From NCBI RefSeq assembly GCF_009914755.1, contig NC_060929.1: a stretch of DNA of 64,000 nt, one strand, 5' to 3'. Made by a program: the position numbers and the translations under genes. The notes under the pieces were generated by a model. That model worked only from the letters and a program-made list of their open reading frames with translations, ran no database searches and was not told the origin of the DNA. Numbering within the stretch: position 1 is the first letter of the stretch; each line of letters starts with the position of its first letter. This DNA comes from the human T2T-CHM13v2.0 reference genome, Homo sapiens. Shown one piece after another: positions 31,431 through 45,969 of the stretch.

Positions 31431-32859
31431 TAGTCTGTCAGGTAAAGCCCAAAAATGTCACCTGGGCTAATTTTCTGGGCCATCACCCTTCCTCCACTGT
31501 ATACTAAAAATTATTCCGTCATAGGCATTTGTCTTATGGTCAGGACTGAAAATATAAAAATGCTAAAACTGAGCATATTCAGCCTCTGTTCAATATAATT
31601 GTGTTTTTAAGAAAACTTACAAGGGCAAACATCAAGTTACAAAATCTGTCATTTCAGTGGGTTAAAGGCTAAGAGAGTTTCAGATTTGCAATAACACAGT
31701 AATTTTCCCTGTTTTAATTTTAAATGTGAAAGGTATTTGTATAGTTCAAAATGTTGAACTATAAAAAGCAAACATCGCTATTAGGTAATCAGTTCTGTGA
31801 TTACACAAAGCTTTTGATCAGGAATTACGGACTCAATTTTTCTACCACCATAAGCAATACAGCGTTAGCATAGTGCCTCTTATCAACTCTGTTATCCATT
31901 GAAATGGCAAACACAGACAAAGTCATTGGGGCGAAGCAACTTTGTTTCAAATGAAACATTTTTCTTAACATATTGTTAGCTTTTGATCTTGAAGTGTTAT
32001 TTCATGCATATATTCAACAAATATTTATTGACTACTTACACCAATTCTAGAAACATGTCATAAAATGAAAACACAGTTACTAGTTTGGCTGAGAAGATAA
32101 AATTCACAGATGTGAACTTCATAAACATGAAAAAAAATCATGGTTTTCTTTGATTAAGTCACCTCACATTGGTCTCCTCCTTTTTTATTATTTAGGCTGC
32201 TTTATCCACTGCCATGGAAGTATGTTGTAATCATGCTTACCTCTATACTTGTACACAATGCCTCTCATTTCTACTTCCAAAAACAAAAAAATAATCCCAC
32301 CATCATGTCTGAAATAATGAGTTCGACGAATCCACTTATAAGCATCCTCTATGCTGAGCTTCATTTCCCCATAACCACATACCAGAATGAGCTCATTATA
32401 TTTACATGTAGCCTTGCCTACATTCTACGATTTCTATGTGGGTGCATAAGAAAGCTCTACAAACCAGAAACGCAGAATTGAATACGGACACTTTTTATCA
32501 TCTTATTCCAATACTACCTCTCTAATGGTTTTCACCTTCACCATTACTTCTTTTTATCACCGAGTGATATGTATGTAAACAGAAACTGATACAAAAACTA
32601 GAGAAAGTCTTGACACCATGCTTTTTTAACTTCTGGTTCTCATTCCTTCCAACATTCAAACTGCATTTTCATTAATGGACACTGGGAGACACCTCGGTCT
32701 TTGACATAGACTAGCTAAGGATGATTTCTGTTATTTAAAATCAAATAATTCTACCTACTCTATGTTTCAGATATACTGAACTATAGTGTTTCTCTATGAC
32801 CACTGTTTTTATACAAATGCATTATAGCACCTATAAAAGAGTTGTATTTTTCTTTGTTC

Positions 32860-32990
32860 ATGATTCTCTATGCATCATAAAATTCTACTGAATTTCTTGA
32901 GGAAAATGATTAAGTCTGGTTAATTTCTGTGGCTTCAGCATATGCCACAGAATTCAGCAAATGTTTGTTTAACTGATGAATGAGTGGGTA
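32860..32990 (+). mobile_element. L2 3' end
   Basis: ttcttgagg..tcagcaaatgtttgtt..gatgaatgagtg tail. Confidence 0.6.
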
Positions 32991-33552
32991 AATGTATACC
33001 CACTCAATTTAAACTATTTTTACTGCAATCTTTCCTGATGTTTTTATAACGTTTTACTCCATGATTTGAGTAAAGAATATGTATCATCTGTTTTCCTCAT
33101 CAAATAATATCTCGAAACATTTTTTTCTTTCATTGTATTTCCTCTTCTCTCTTTTCACTTCTTGGGCAAATACAAGTAAAAAATATTTCCGTCTTTTACA
33201 GGGATTCAAGCAGTGTTATATACAGAGGAAATAAACATAAAGAATTTATCAAATAATTCTTAGATAATTAGATAAGAACCACTGGATTTAAAACTACATA
33301 AGTATATAGTCATATTTTAGTTATTTATAAACACTTGAATGGATTCCATAAACTGCCTTGTCTAAGAAAACAGAGCTTATTCATAGGGTTGAGCTAAGAT
33401 CGATAATCAGCCAAACTCAACAATTATAATCAGCGGAATGAGGGCAAAATATAGGCTTTCTTATAATGTTATTTTTAGTTGGTAGCTATGCTTTTTGCTT
33501 TAACTGTGCTTCATGTAAGTTATGCTTAAAACTTAATTTATGGCTTGATAGG

Positions 33553-36141
33553 TGACATGGTTTGGCTGTTCCCACCCGAATCTCATCTTGAATTCCCACA
33601 TGTTGTGGGAGCAACTCAATGGGAAGTAATTAATCATGGGGGCAGGTCTTTCCCATGCTGTTCTCATGATAATGAATAAGTGTCATGAGATCTGATGGTA
33701 CTATAAGGGGAAGTTTCCCTGCACAGGCTCTCTCTCTTTGCCTACTGCCATCCATGTAAGACATGACTTGCTCCTCCTTGCCTTCTGCCATGATTATGAG
33801 GCCTCCTCAGCTATGTGAAACTGTAAGTCCATTAAACCTCTCTTTCTTTTGTAAATTGTGCAGTCTCAGGTATATCTTTATCAGCAGCATGAAAACAACT
33901 AATACAGTAAATTAGTACCAGTAGACTGGGGCACTGCTAAAAAGATACCTGAAAATGTGGAAGCATCTTTGGAACTGGGTAGCAGGCAGAGGCTGGAACA
34001 GTTTGTAGGGCTCAGAAGAAGAAAGAAAAATGTGGGAAAGTTTGGAACTTCCTAGAGACTTGTGGAATGGCTTTGATCAAAATGCTGATAAGAATATGGA
34101 CAATGAAATATAGGCTGAGGTAGTATCAGATGGAAATGAGGAACTTGTTAAGAACTGGAGCAAAGGTGATTCTTATCATGTTTTAGCAAAGAGACTGGTG
34201 GCATTTTGCCCCTTCCCTAGAGATCTGTGGAACTTTGAACTTGAGAGAGATTATTTAGGGTATCTGGTGGAAGAAATTTCTAAGCAGCAAAGCATTCAAG
34301 AGGTGACTTGGGTGCTGTTAAAGGCATTCAGTTTTAAAAGGGAAACAGACCATGAAAGTTTGGAAAATTTGCAGTCTGACAATGTGATAGAAAAGAAAAT
34401 CCCACTTTCTGAGGAGAAATTCAAGCCACGTGCAAAAATTTGCATAAGTAACAAGAAGCCAAATGTTAGTCCCCCAAACAATTGGGAAAATGTCTCCAGG
34501 GCATATCAGAGGTCTTCATAGCAGCCTCTCCCATCACAGGCCCAGAGGCCTAGGAGGAAAAAATCGTTTCCTGGACCAGCCACTTGGTCTACGACTATGT
34601 GCAGCCTAGGTACTTGATGCCCTGAGTCCCAGCTGCTCTAGCTGTGGCTGAAAGGGGCCAATGCAGAGCTTGAGCTGTGGCTTCAGAGGCTGCAAGCCTC
34701 AAGACTTGGCAGCTTCCACATGGTATTGAGCCTGCAAGTGTACAGAAGTCAAGAATTGGGGCTTGGGAATCTCCACCTAGATTTCAGAAGATGTATGTAA
34801 ATGCCTGGATATCCAGGAAGAAGTTTGCTGCAGGGGCAGGGCCCTCATGGAGAACCTCTGCTAGGGCAATGTGGAAGGGAAATGTGGGATGGGAACCCCA
34901 CACAGAGTCCCCACTGTGACATGGGGCTCTGGGTGCCGGCTGCTTCAGCTTCAGCTGTGGCTAACATACAGCTCAGACTGTTACTTCACAGGGTGCAAGC
35001 CCCAAGCCTTGGCAGTTTACATGTGGTGTTGGGCCTGTGGGTACACAGAAGTCAAGAATTGAGGTTTGAGAACCTCAGCCTAGATTTCAGAGGATGTATG
35101 GCGATGCCTTGATGTTCAGACAGAAGATTGCTGCAAGGATAGGGCCCTCATGGAGAACCTCTGCTAGGGGAGTGTAAAAGGGAAACATGGGGTGGGAGCC
35201 CCCACACAGAGTCTCCACTTGGGCACTGCCTAGTGGAGCTGTGAGAAGAGGGTCACTGTCCTCCAGACCCCAGAATGGTAGATCCACTGACAGCTTGCAC
35301 TGTGCATCTGGAAAAGCCACAGACACTCGTCACCAGCTCATAAAACCAGCTGGGAGGGAGGCTGTACCCTGAAAGCAAGAGAGGCAGAGTTGCTCAAGAC
35401 CATGGGAACCCACCTCTTGCATCGGTGTGACCTGGATGTGAGACATGGAGTCAAAGGAGGTCATTTGGAGCTTTAAGATTTGACTGCCCTGATGGATTTT
35501 GGACTTATGGAGGCTGAAGCCCCTATGTTTTGGACAATTTTTCCCATTTGGAATGGCTGTATTTACCCAATACCTGTACCCCACTGTATCTAGGAAGTAA
35601 CTAACTTGCTTTTGATTTTACAGGCTCATAGGCAGAAGGGACTCCAATGTCTCAGATGAGACTTTGGACTGTGGCCTTTTGAGTTAATGCTGAAATGACT
35701 TAAGACTTTGGGAGACTGTTGGGAAGGCATGATTGGTTTTGAAATGTGAGAACATGATATTTGGAAGGGGCCCAGGGCAGATGATATGGTTTGGCTATGT
35801 CCCCACACAAATCTCAACTTGAATTCCCACATGTTGTGGGAGGGGCCCAGTGGGAGGTAATTGAATCATGAGAGCAGGTCTTTCCCATGCCATTTTCATG
35901 GTAGTGAATAAGTCTCATGACATCTGATGATTGTATAAGAGGGAGTTTCCCTACACAAGCTCTCTCTCTCTTTGCTTGCTGCTGTCAATGTAAGATGTGA
36001 CTTGCTCCTCCTTGCTTTGTGCCATGATTGTGAGGCCTCCACAGCCACATGAAACTGTAAGTCCATTAAGCCTCTCTTTCTTTTGTAAATTGTGCAGTCT
36101 CAGGCATGTCTTTATCAGCAGCCTGAAAATGGACTAATACA
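33553..36141 (+). mobile_element. Complete THE1 MaLR provirus (LTRs 33553-33906 and 35782-36141) with internal duplication
   Basis: Perfect TSD atagg (33548-33552 and 36142-36146); internal region about 1.87 kb. Confidence 0.96.
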
Positions 36142-37529
36142 ATAGGAAACATGAAATTAAGCTGCTCTTGTTCTGGAAAAGGAGGGAGACGGTGAATATA
36201 CAACAGTGAATTGTCTCAACTAACACAAAAGAAGAGAGCAAAAAGAAAGCGGAGCTTATAAAAGGAGGAACTCAGATAACTAAAATCTGTAAAAAAATAG
36301 CAAATTAAAGTCAAGAAATAATTCTCTCTTAAATGGATTAAAAATCACAGGTAATGTGTTCATAAGTAGTCCATGGAGATTTGACCATTGTCAAGAACTG
36401 ATTATTAATACTAGTTTGAGATAGGAAAGATTCAAAGGGCCCTGAGGTTGCCACTTACAATAAATTGAAATAAATTTCCTATATATTCTTCACAACTTAT
36501 AAATGAGCATAGTCCTGCAGGCCAAATATGAGAAAACATTAGGTCAGGCATAAAAAAAACCAAATTGCAAGCATGAACAGTTTTCAATAATAACTGAAAA
36601 CACAATTTAGTAACAATCCTTTGGGCTACTGATGCTTGCTGCCAAATTATGTGTCATTTGCATGGATCTCATTTTTTTATTGGAAGAGCTTTTTTATTGT
36701 TGATTTTTACATGGTAGAAGATAGATTTGTGGGTAAAGTTTAATTATTAAAAAAAAGTGTTGGAAAGGGATAAATGCTTAAAAAATAAGCTATCCAATGT
36801 GTCATGTGGGCATTATGAATATCTTAAAATGTACATTTGGAAAACCAGGAATAAAAGATTGGGGACAAGCATGATCAAAGGAATTTTACACTGAAATTTC
36901 CTATGAGGGCCTTATGTTTTCCTTTGCACTCAATATTCTTCATATATCTGCTATTTACAGCTGTGGGATCTGTGGGATATTATCAATGTTTGTTATTTGA
37001 CCCTTCTTCTGGTTGCCATATTGTCAGCTATACTATTAACTACTACTACTACATGACCTTACATGCCCCCAATAAAATATAATAAAAATGAAATATTCTG
37101 TCACTTCTCACCTCATTGTCCTTCTTCATCAATGTCTGCCATGATTAATGTGGTTCTTCTGCTTTTCTTTTATCCTGCCTTCACAGTCATGCAACCTGGT
37201 TCATCATGTTTCCTTGGGGTTCAACCCAGAATCTGGAACAGAGCACATGAATATAATAAATATGAATCCTCAGATTAAGATGATAAACTCAAGATTTAGA
37301 TTAGATTAGATTAAGATGATAAGCTCTTCCTTCAGCACAAATTCCTTTAAAATATAAGAAAAGGGAAGATAAACAAAAATAAATAACATTTTATAACACT
37401 ATTAGAAGAAAAGACAGTGCTGTCTGAGGAACAGAAAATGTGTAGATTACTGGAAAGATAGAAATTTAATAGATCACTTTCAGTTTCGGCAACATGGCTG
37501 ACTAAGCTAATGTGGAATTCCTTAGAATG

Positions 37530-38722
37530 AAATGGACCCCTATGTTTCACCATATAAAAAAAGTAACTCAAGATGGATAAGGAATTAAATATAACACCTC
37601 AGGCTATAAAAATTCTTGAAACAAACTAGGAAATACCATGTTGAATTGGCCTTGGCAAAGAATTAATGACTAAGTCCCCAAAAGAACTTGCAACAAAAAC
37701 AAAAACTGACAAGCAGGACCTAAACTAAAGAGTTTCTGCACAGCAAAAGAAACTATCAACAGAGTAAATAGGCAACCTACAGAACAGGAGAAAACATTAG
37801 CAAAATATGCATCCAACAAAGGTCTAATATCCAGAATCTATAAGAAACTTAAACAATTTGACAAACAAAAAACAAAGAACCCCATTAAAAAATGGTCAAA
37901 GGACATGAACAGACATTTCTCAAAAGAAGACATAAATGTAGCCAACAAATACGTGAAAAAAAGCTACACATCATGAATTATTACAGAAATGCAAATCAAA
38001 ACCACAATGAGAACCATCTTATACCAGTCAGAAAGGCTATTATTAAAAATTCAAAAAATAACAGATGTTGGTGATGCTGCAGAGATAAAAGAATGCCTAT
38101 ATACCACTGCTGGGAATGTAAGTTAGTTCAGACACTGTGGGAAGCAGTTTGAAGACTTCTCAAAGAACTTAAAACAGAACCACTATTTGGCCCAGCAATC
38201 CCATTACTTGGTATATACCAAAAGGAAAATAAATAATTCTACCAAAAAGACACATGCACTCACAAGTTCATTATAGCATTATTCATAATAGCAAAGACAT
38301 GGAATTAACCTAGATGCTTATCAATGGTGGACTGGATAAAGAAAATGTGGTATATATATACCAGAAAATGCTACACAGCCATAAATAGAAAGAAATCATG
38401 TCCTTTGCAGCAATATGCATGCAGCTAGAGGTCATTATCCTAAATGAATTAATGCATAAACAGAAAACAAAATACTGCATGATCTCACTTATAAGTGTAA
38501 GTTAGACATTGAGTACACATGGTCATAAAGACAAGAACAATAGAAACTGGTAACTACCAGAGAGAGGAGTGTGGGAGACAAAGGTTGAAAAACTGCCTAT
38601 CACTACCTATCAGGTACTATGCTCTCTATCTGAGTGATGGGATCATTCATACCACAAACCTCAGTGACATGCAGTTTGCCCACAAACCTGTACATGTCCT
38701 CCCTGAACATAAAAGTTGAAAT
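37530..38722 (+). mobile_element. L1PB/late-L1PA 3' fragment
   Basis: ORF2 C-terminus and 3' UTR (aaggttgaaaaact..gtactatgctc..aaacctcagtgacatgcag). Confidence 0.9.
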
Positions 38723-38905
38723 ATATATGGTATATATATAGACACAGTCATTAAAATATATGTATTTATAAAATATATAATATATATTATAAAATGTTTA
38801 TAATATATATTATATATTATATTTACATAAATATATCATTTACAGTTATAACAATACATAAATAAATATGTATTACATATAACATATAATATATATAAAT
38901 ATAGA
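38723..38905. repeat. AT-rich (TA)-like low-complexity tract
   Basis: Degenerate tatata arrays after the L1 tail. Confidence 0.85.
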
Positions 38906-38924
38906 GAGAGAGACACAGTGGTTA

Positions 38925-39272
<348 letters not shown>

Positions 39273-40070
39273 TCAAAAAACAAAACAAAAAAAAAAAGAA
39301 AGAAAGAATTTCCAAGTGCTAGAATAAAAGAAGACACTGCTAACAGGAGAGTTCATCTTTTTTTCCATGATTATCAAATCAATGCACAGGGATTTTAAGA
39401 AAACATTATGAAACAATATAATACAGTGATTGAAAAATCCCTGTTATTCCTGGTCATCAGAAATAAATTCTTTTGGCAGTTTTGGAAATATTCCATTTGA
39501 TCTTATTCTTTCCTGCATTTGGTAACATTTCTATTTATTTACTAACATACAATAATGCATGATTTATAATCCCAGATATGTAAAATTTGTAAATAGACAA
39601 AACCTAGCCTAATTACAAAAACTAAAAACTGATTCCAAAAATAGCTCATGCAATGTACAATTCTTTGCAACCTACTTTTTTCACTTAGTAATTCTTGGAT
39701 TTCTTCTATATCTGTCCCTATAGAACTACCTGATTATCTTAACTGTTATTTAATATTTGCAGGAAAGATTAGGAATCAACTTTTCATTTAATTTAAAACT
39801 CACAATAGATTTCCTGTGCAATACTTTCACTGGCCAAATTAGAGTTAATGTTCTGAAAATTATTCAGCAAATCATTTCTCATTTTCATATAATTACATTT
39901 ATCACTTCAGTTATCTCTTGTGAAGTTTTCAAGTGAAACAACTTCTCGGAAGGCATATGTAAAAATTTAAATTGTATATACTTTAAAGTTCTTTTTAAAA
40001 TAAACTTTTTATGAAAGTAAAATATACATACATAAGAGTACGTAAATTGTAATTGTTCAGTGAAGTGAAT

Positions 40071-40312
40071 ATTTTTTAACTTTTAAGTTCAGGGTATAAG
40101 TGCAGGTGTGCTACATAGGTAAACTTGTGTCATGGAGTTTGTTGTACAGATTATTTCATCACCCAGGTATTAAGCTTAGTACCCCTTAGTTATTTTCCTG
40201 ATTCTCTTTCTCCTCGCCCCCTCCACCCTCTGAAAGGCCCCAGTGTGTGTTATTCTCCTCCATCTGTCCATATGTTCTTATTATTTAGCTCCCACTTATA
40301 AATGAGAACATG
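40071..40312 (-). mobile_element. Short L1PA13-16-like 3' end
   Basis: ttttaagttcaggg..acataggtaaacttgtgtcatgg..gagaacatg; tgaagtga on both flanks. Confidence 0.88.
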
Positions 40313-40614
40313 AAGTGATTTTTTACCATGTAAACATTATCATGAAAACTGTCATTCCTATAAAGAAATAGAATATTACCAGCACCCTCGGAACTCCTAC
40401 CCAGTTACCAGAAAGTTAACTATGAAAGTAAAAGCACTCAATTAGTCTTGTCTGCAATCATTTTTAATTTGAACATCTGGGAACAGAAAGCAAAAGGAAG
40501 CTTCTGGCTGCATTTCTATTTTGATATACATACATGAATTAATGAATAGCTTTTAAAATTGCCTGGAAGAATTATTCTCAGGGCTCACTATAAAGTAGGA
40601 AGAATCACAGTAGC

Positions 40615-40617
<3 letters not shown>

Positions 40618-40663
<46 letters not shown>
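40618..40663. repeat. (GA)n microsatellite
   Basis: About 22 GA units with one interruption. Confidence 0.95.
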
Positions 40664-41605
40664 TTGATGCCAGACCCATGAGGAACAACCTATGATATAA
40701 CATTTTAGAAGCAAGAATAGGCATGTAGTCTAATAATCTTCAAGCAGTTTTAGTTGATGCACTATCCTTCCAATGAAATTGTATTATATGTGTAGAAGAT
40801 GAGATACAGCATTCAGTTCAAGAAGGTACATGGACTACATGTACATCTGTCTCTCATTACTTCTGCAATTATCTTAATTCCACAATAAAAGAATTAAAAA
40901 GGAAATGAAAGCCACCCATTTGGAAAACTTTTCTTTATCTGCACAATGTGAGAGCTGAACTAGATGTTCTCTAATATCCTATCTTGCTTTAATATTGAAT
41001 TTTATTATTTTTCTAATGCTATGATTTATATTCATATTGCTATGGAAAATAAGTGGGGATTATTTTTTGTGAATAGGTAAAAGCATTGGTGACAGGGGAA
41101 AGGTGTGAGGAAATATTGTGTTGAATCATTTTATGGGCATGGTCAAAAAAATCTTATGAGTAAGTTTTTCACACATTAAAATCAAAATTAAAAGCATTCA
41201 TATTTACCTGACAATGAAAGTAAAATTTCTAATTTTCAAAGTAGCCTGAATCTATCTATCCATTTATCCATTAATTACCGAAAAAGAAATCTCAGTGTTG
41301 ACCGTGCAGGGAACTTAACGATACAGATAAGAGAGGTCAATTGGGAGAGTAATGAAGGGAAATGAGTGAGAGAGAGAGAGAAAGGGAGAGACAGAGAGAG
41401 AGACAACTTCCCTAAAATATATTTTAAGTATGTGTCAAATGCATTTATTCTAGTTCACAGTAGAAAGTGTCTCACGATCTAAAAATCCTATGTCATTCTC
41501 TCTTTTCCCAGTAATCTGTATACTCATTGCTTTATAGGAATTATATAATTTATTCATCATAAGGGCCAATGAAATAGCTTTTGCATTTCATTGTTGAATA
41601 AACTA

Positions 41606-44600
41606 GAGGAGTACCATCGACAAAATGGCAGAATAAAACTTTTCAACATTTGTCCCATTGCAGAAACATAAATTTGAACAATTATCCATGCACAAAAGTT
41701 AAGGAATGTAGGTGAGAGATTACAGCACACAAAAAAAGAAAAGACACATTGAAGAGAGCAGAAAGTACACATTGACATTACCTGTGTCACCCCTCCCCCA
41801 AGCCCTGGCAGCCATATGGTAAGAAATACTCTCCATGTGGGGGATGGAGAGTAAAGTCAGCACTTCACTTTGCCAGGAACTCCAGCACCAGGCCCACACA
41901 AGTGAATCTTGATGTCAGTCTAGCCCCAGTAGACCCAGTCTCCAGGCAAGCTCCTGCAGCCCCAGACTCCAGAGAGCACCCACAAACACAGACTGGAGGC
42001 CAGCCCCCATGGATACAGGTTCCAGCCTGCCCAGGCTCCAAGCTGCCCCCTATGGCCCCCATTTAGTAGACCCAGGTTCCAGGCCTGCTCCAGTAAACAG
42101 TGGCTATAGCGTGCCAATATAGCCACTGCAGACCCAGGATCCAGGCCTGCCACATCACAAGGCCGGCTCCCAAGTCCCAGACTCCAGACAAGCCTTCATG
42201 TTCCCAGGTTCCAGGTCCACTCCAGCAGATCCAAGATTTGGTCCACCTGATAGACTCCAATACTGGTTTAGCCCCTGTGGTCCCAGGCTCCAGTACTGCC
42301 CCTGCAGATCTTGGCTCCATGTTGGCCCCTGTGGACTGAGGACCCAGTCTCAACCTCTATGGACTCAGGCTCCAGGTCAGCTCCAATTGACTCAGGATTC
42401 AGGCCCAATTCTATAGGCCTAGGTTTCAGACCTACCCCCATGGTTCCAGGCACTAAACCTACCTGCACAAACCCAGGTACTAGGCCAGTGCCTTGTTGGA
42501 CTCAGGACCAGGACCATCCCTGTGCCAGAGTGACCTTTATAGAGTCAGGTTCAAGTCCTACACCAACACCAGGTCAGTTCCTATGGATCCAGACCTCAGG
42601 CCAGCCCCCATAGACACAGGTTCCAGGCTCACCCATGCTGACCCAGCCAGAAGGCCCACCCCACTGGACACCAGAGCCTTCCCAGCCCTAAACCAAGGCT
42701 TCAGACATGACTCCACAGACCCAGTGACCAGGCTAACTCCAGTGCATCCAGGCACCAGGACTGCTCACCTGCTAACCCAGATAGCAGGCCAGCCTGCCCA
42801 AGGACTTAGTAGCAAGCTTGCCTGCAGATCACATGAGATGGCCCACCAAGAATCACTTCACCAAGCTGACTGGTAAAGAACGTTTCCTGAGAAAGCCAGT
42901 CTGTAAAGTGACTACTTTTTCAAATGTGCAGACTTCAATGCAAGGCCACAAAGGTCATGAATAATCAGGGAACATGACACCATCAAAGGAAAAAAAATAC
43001 GAACAAATAACCCTATAGAAATGAATATCCATGAACATCCTGACAAAGAATTTAGAACTGAATTACTCAACTTAAAGAAGCTCAGTGGCCCCCAAGAGAA
43101 CACAGACAACTAAATAAAAACAGGAAAATAGTGCACAAATAAAACTAGAAGTTCAACAAAGAGATAGAAAAAATAAAAAGAAACCAAACAAATTCTGCAG
43201 CTAAAAATGACTGAACTGAAAATTTCCATAGGGAGCTTCAACAGCAGGCTATATCAAGCAGAAGAAAGAATTAGTGAACTCAAAGACAGATTATTTGAGA
43301 TTACCCAGGCAGAGAAATAAAAAGAAATAATAATGGAAAAAAGTGAAGAAAGCCAATGGGACTTATGGGACATTATCAATCAAGCCAATACAAATATGGA
43401 ATTCACAGAAGTATTAGTCAAACAGAAAGGGCAAATATCATATATGAAGTAATAATGACAGAAAACTTCCTAAATTTGGAGAGGAAAATGAATGTTTAGA
43501 TCTATGAAGTCCAAAGAATCCCAAATAGATTAAATATCAAGAGATTTTTACCAGGACACATTATAATCAAACTCTCAAAAGTCAAAGACAAAGAAAGAAT
43601 TTTGAAAGCAGCAAGAGAAAAGTCATCAAATACAAGGGAACATTCATAAGACTATCACGGATTACTCAGCAGAAACCCTGAAAGCCAGAAGAGAGTGGAA
43701 TGATATGTATGAAGTACTGAAATTAGAAAAACAAACAAACAAACAAAAAACTGCCAACAAAGAAAACTACTACAAGAAAACGTAGAAAAAAATTCTTGAC
43801 ATTGGTCTGGGCAATAATATTTTGGATATGACACCAAAAGTACAGGCCACAAAAGCAAAAATAGGCAAATGGGATTGCATCAAATTAAACAGTTCTGCAT
43901 GACAAAGGAAGCAATCAAAAGTGAAGAGACAACCTACAGAAGGGAAAAAAATGTTTGCAAATAATATATCTGATAAGGGGCTAATATCCAAAATATATAA
44001 AGTACCCAAACAACTCAAGAGCAAGAAAACAATCCAATTTAAAAATGAGCAAAGAACCTGAATAAACATTTCTCAAAAGAAGACATACAAGTGGCCAACA
44101 GATATATTTAAAAATGTTCAACATACCTAGCCATCAAGGCAATGCAAATTGAAACCACAATGAGATACCACCTCACACCTGTTAGAATGGCTGTTGTCTA
44201 AAAGATAAATGATTTTTAAAAAATAGCAAAAATGTGGATAAAAGGAAACCCTGGTACACTGTTCGTGGAAACTTAAATTAGTATATCTATTATGGAAAAC
44301 AGTATAGAGGGTTGCCAAATAATTAAAAATAGAATTACCATATGATCCAGCAATTCCCTTCCTGTGTATATACCTAAAGGAATTGAAAACAGTATGATGA
44401 AGAGATATCTGAACTTCCATGTTTATTGCATCATTATTCATAATATCCAAGATTAGAAATTAACCCAAGTTTCCATCAAGGGATAAATGGATAAAGCAAA
44501 TGCAGTATATATACACAATAGAACACTCTTTAGTTTTTATTGAAAAAGAAATCTATGTTTGACAACATGAACAAATTTGTTGGACATTATGCTATGTGAA

Positions 44601-45030
44601 ATAACCCAGGCACAGAAAGACAAATACTTCAAAATTGTATTTATACGTGGAATCTAAAAATATCCAACTCACAGAAGCAAAGAGTAGCATGGTGGCTGCA
44701 AAGGGCTAGGGAAGGGGATGAGGAGAGTAAGAGATGCTGGTCAAAGGGTACAAAGTTTCAGTTAGACATGATGATAAGTTCTGGAGATCGATTGTACAGT
44801 ATGGTGACTATAGTTAATAATGTATTGTATACTTGAAAATTGCTAAGAGAGTAGATCTTAAATGCTCTCACCAGAAAAAAATGATAACTATATTAGATGA
44901 TAGATGTGTTAATTAGTTGGATTTAATCATTTCCCAAAGTATGCATATATCAAAACATCACATTGCATCCTGTAAATGTACAAAAACTTTTATATGTCAT
45001 TTATACTTTAATAAAACTGAGGGGAAAAGT
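41606..45030 (+). mobile_element. L1MA-type element: 5' UTR with tandem repeats, partial ORF1, joined to ORF2 end and L1MA8/9-like 3' UTR
   Basis: aaaatggcagaata start; repeated gacccaggttccagg units; ORF1 motifs (atcaagcagaagaaagaattagtgaact); 3' UTR caaagggtacaaagtttcagttaga. Confidence 0.88.
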
Positions 45031-45204
45031 TAAAAAGAAACTGAGGTATGATTTCCAGGATCATTAGGATGAATGGCAGAGGCAAGGAGAAAATCCATGG
45101 ATGTACTCCTGTGAAGGTCACATTGTTATCCTCTTTGATACGTTGTCTTTTGCATTCCCAGTCAACAGACCACTCCCTGTGATTACTGAGGAGGGGCAAA
45201 ATGA

Positions 45205-45756
<552 letters not shown>

Positions 45757-45969
45757 AATAGCAATTATTTATAATTTAAAGGTAATCCTTCCTGTACTCT
45801 ATTCTTTAAACATTCCTTTTTAACAAAAATGAATATTTATTTAGAATGAGGGAAATCACAAAAATTACACATTTCAAAAAGCTGACAACACAAACATCAT
45901 GCCTGAAAAAATAACAAAATATTTTATAAATTGTTGTTATGGATCTTCTGTTGCCATTTATCTACAATA

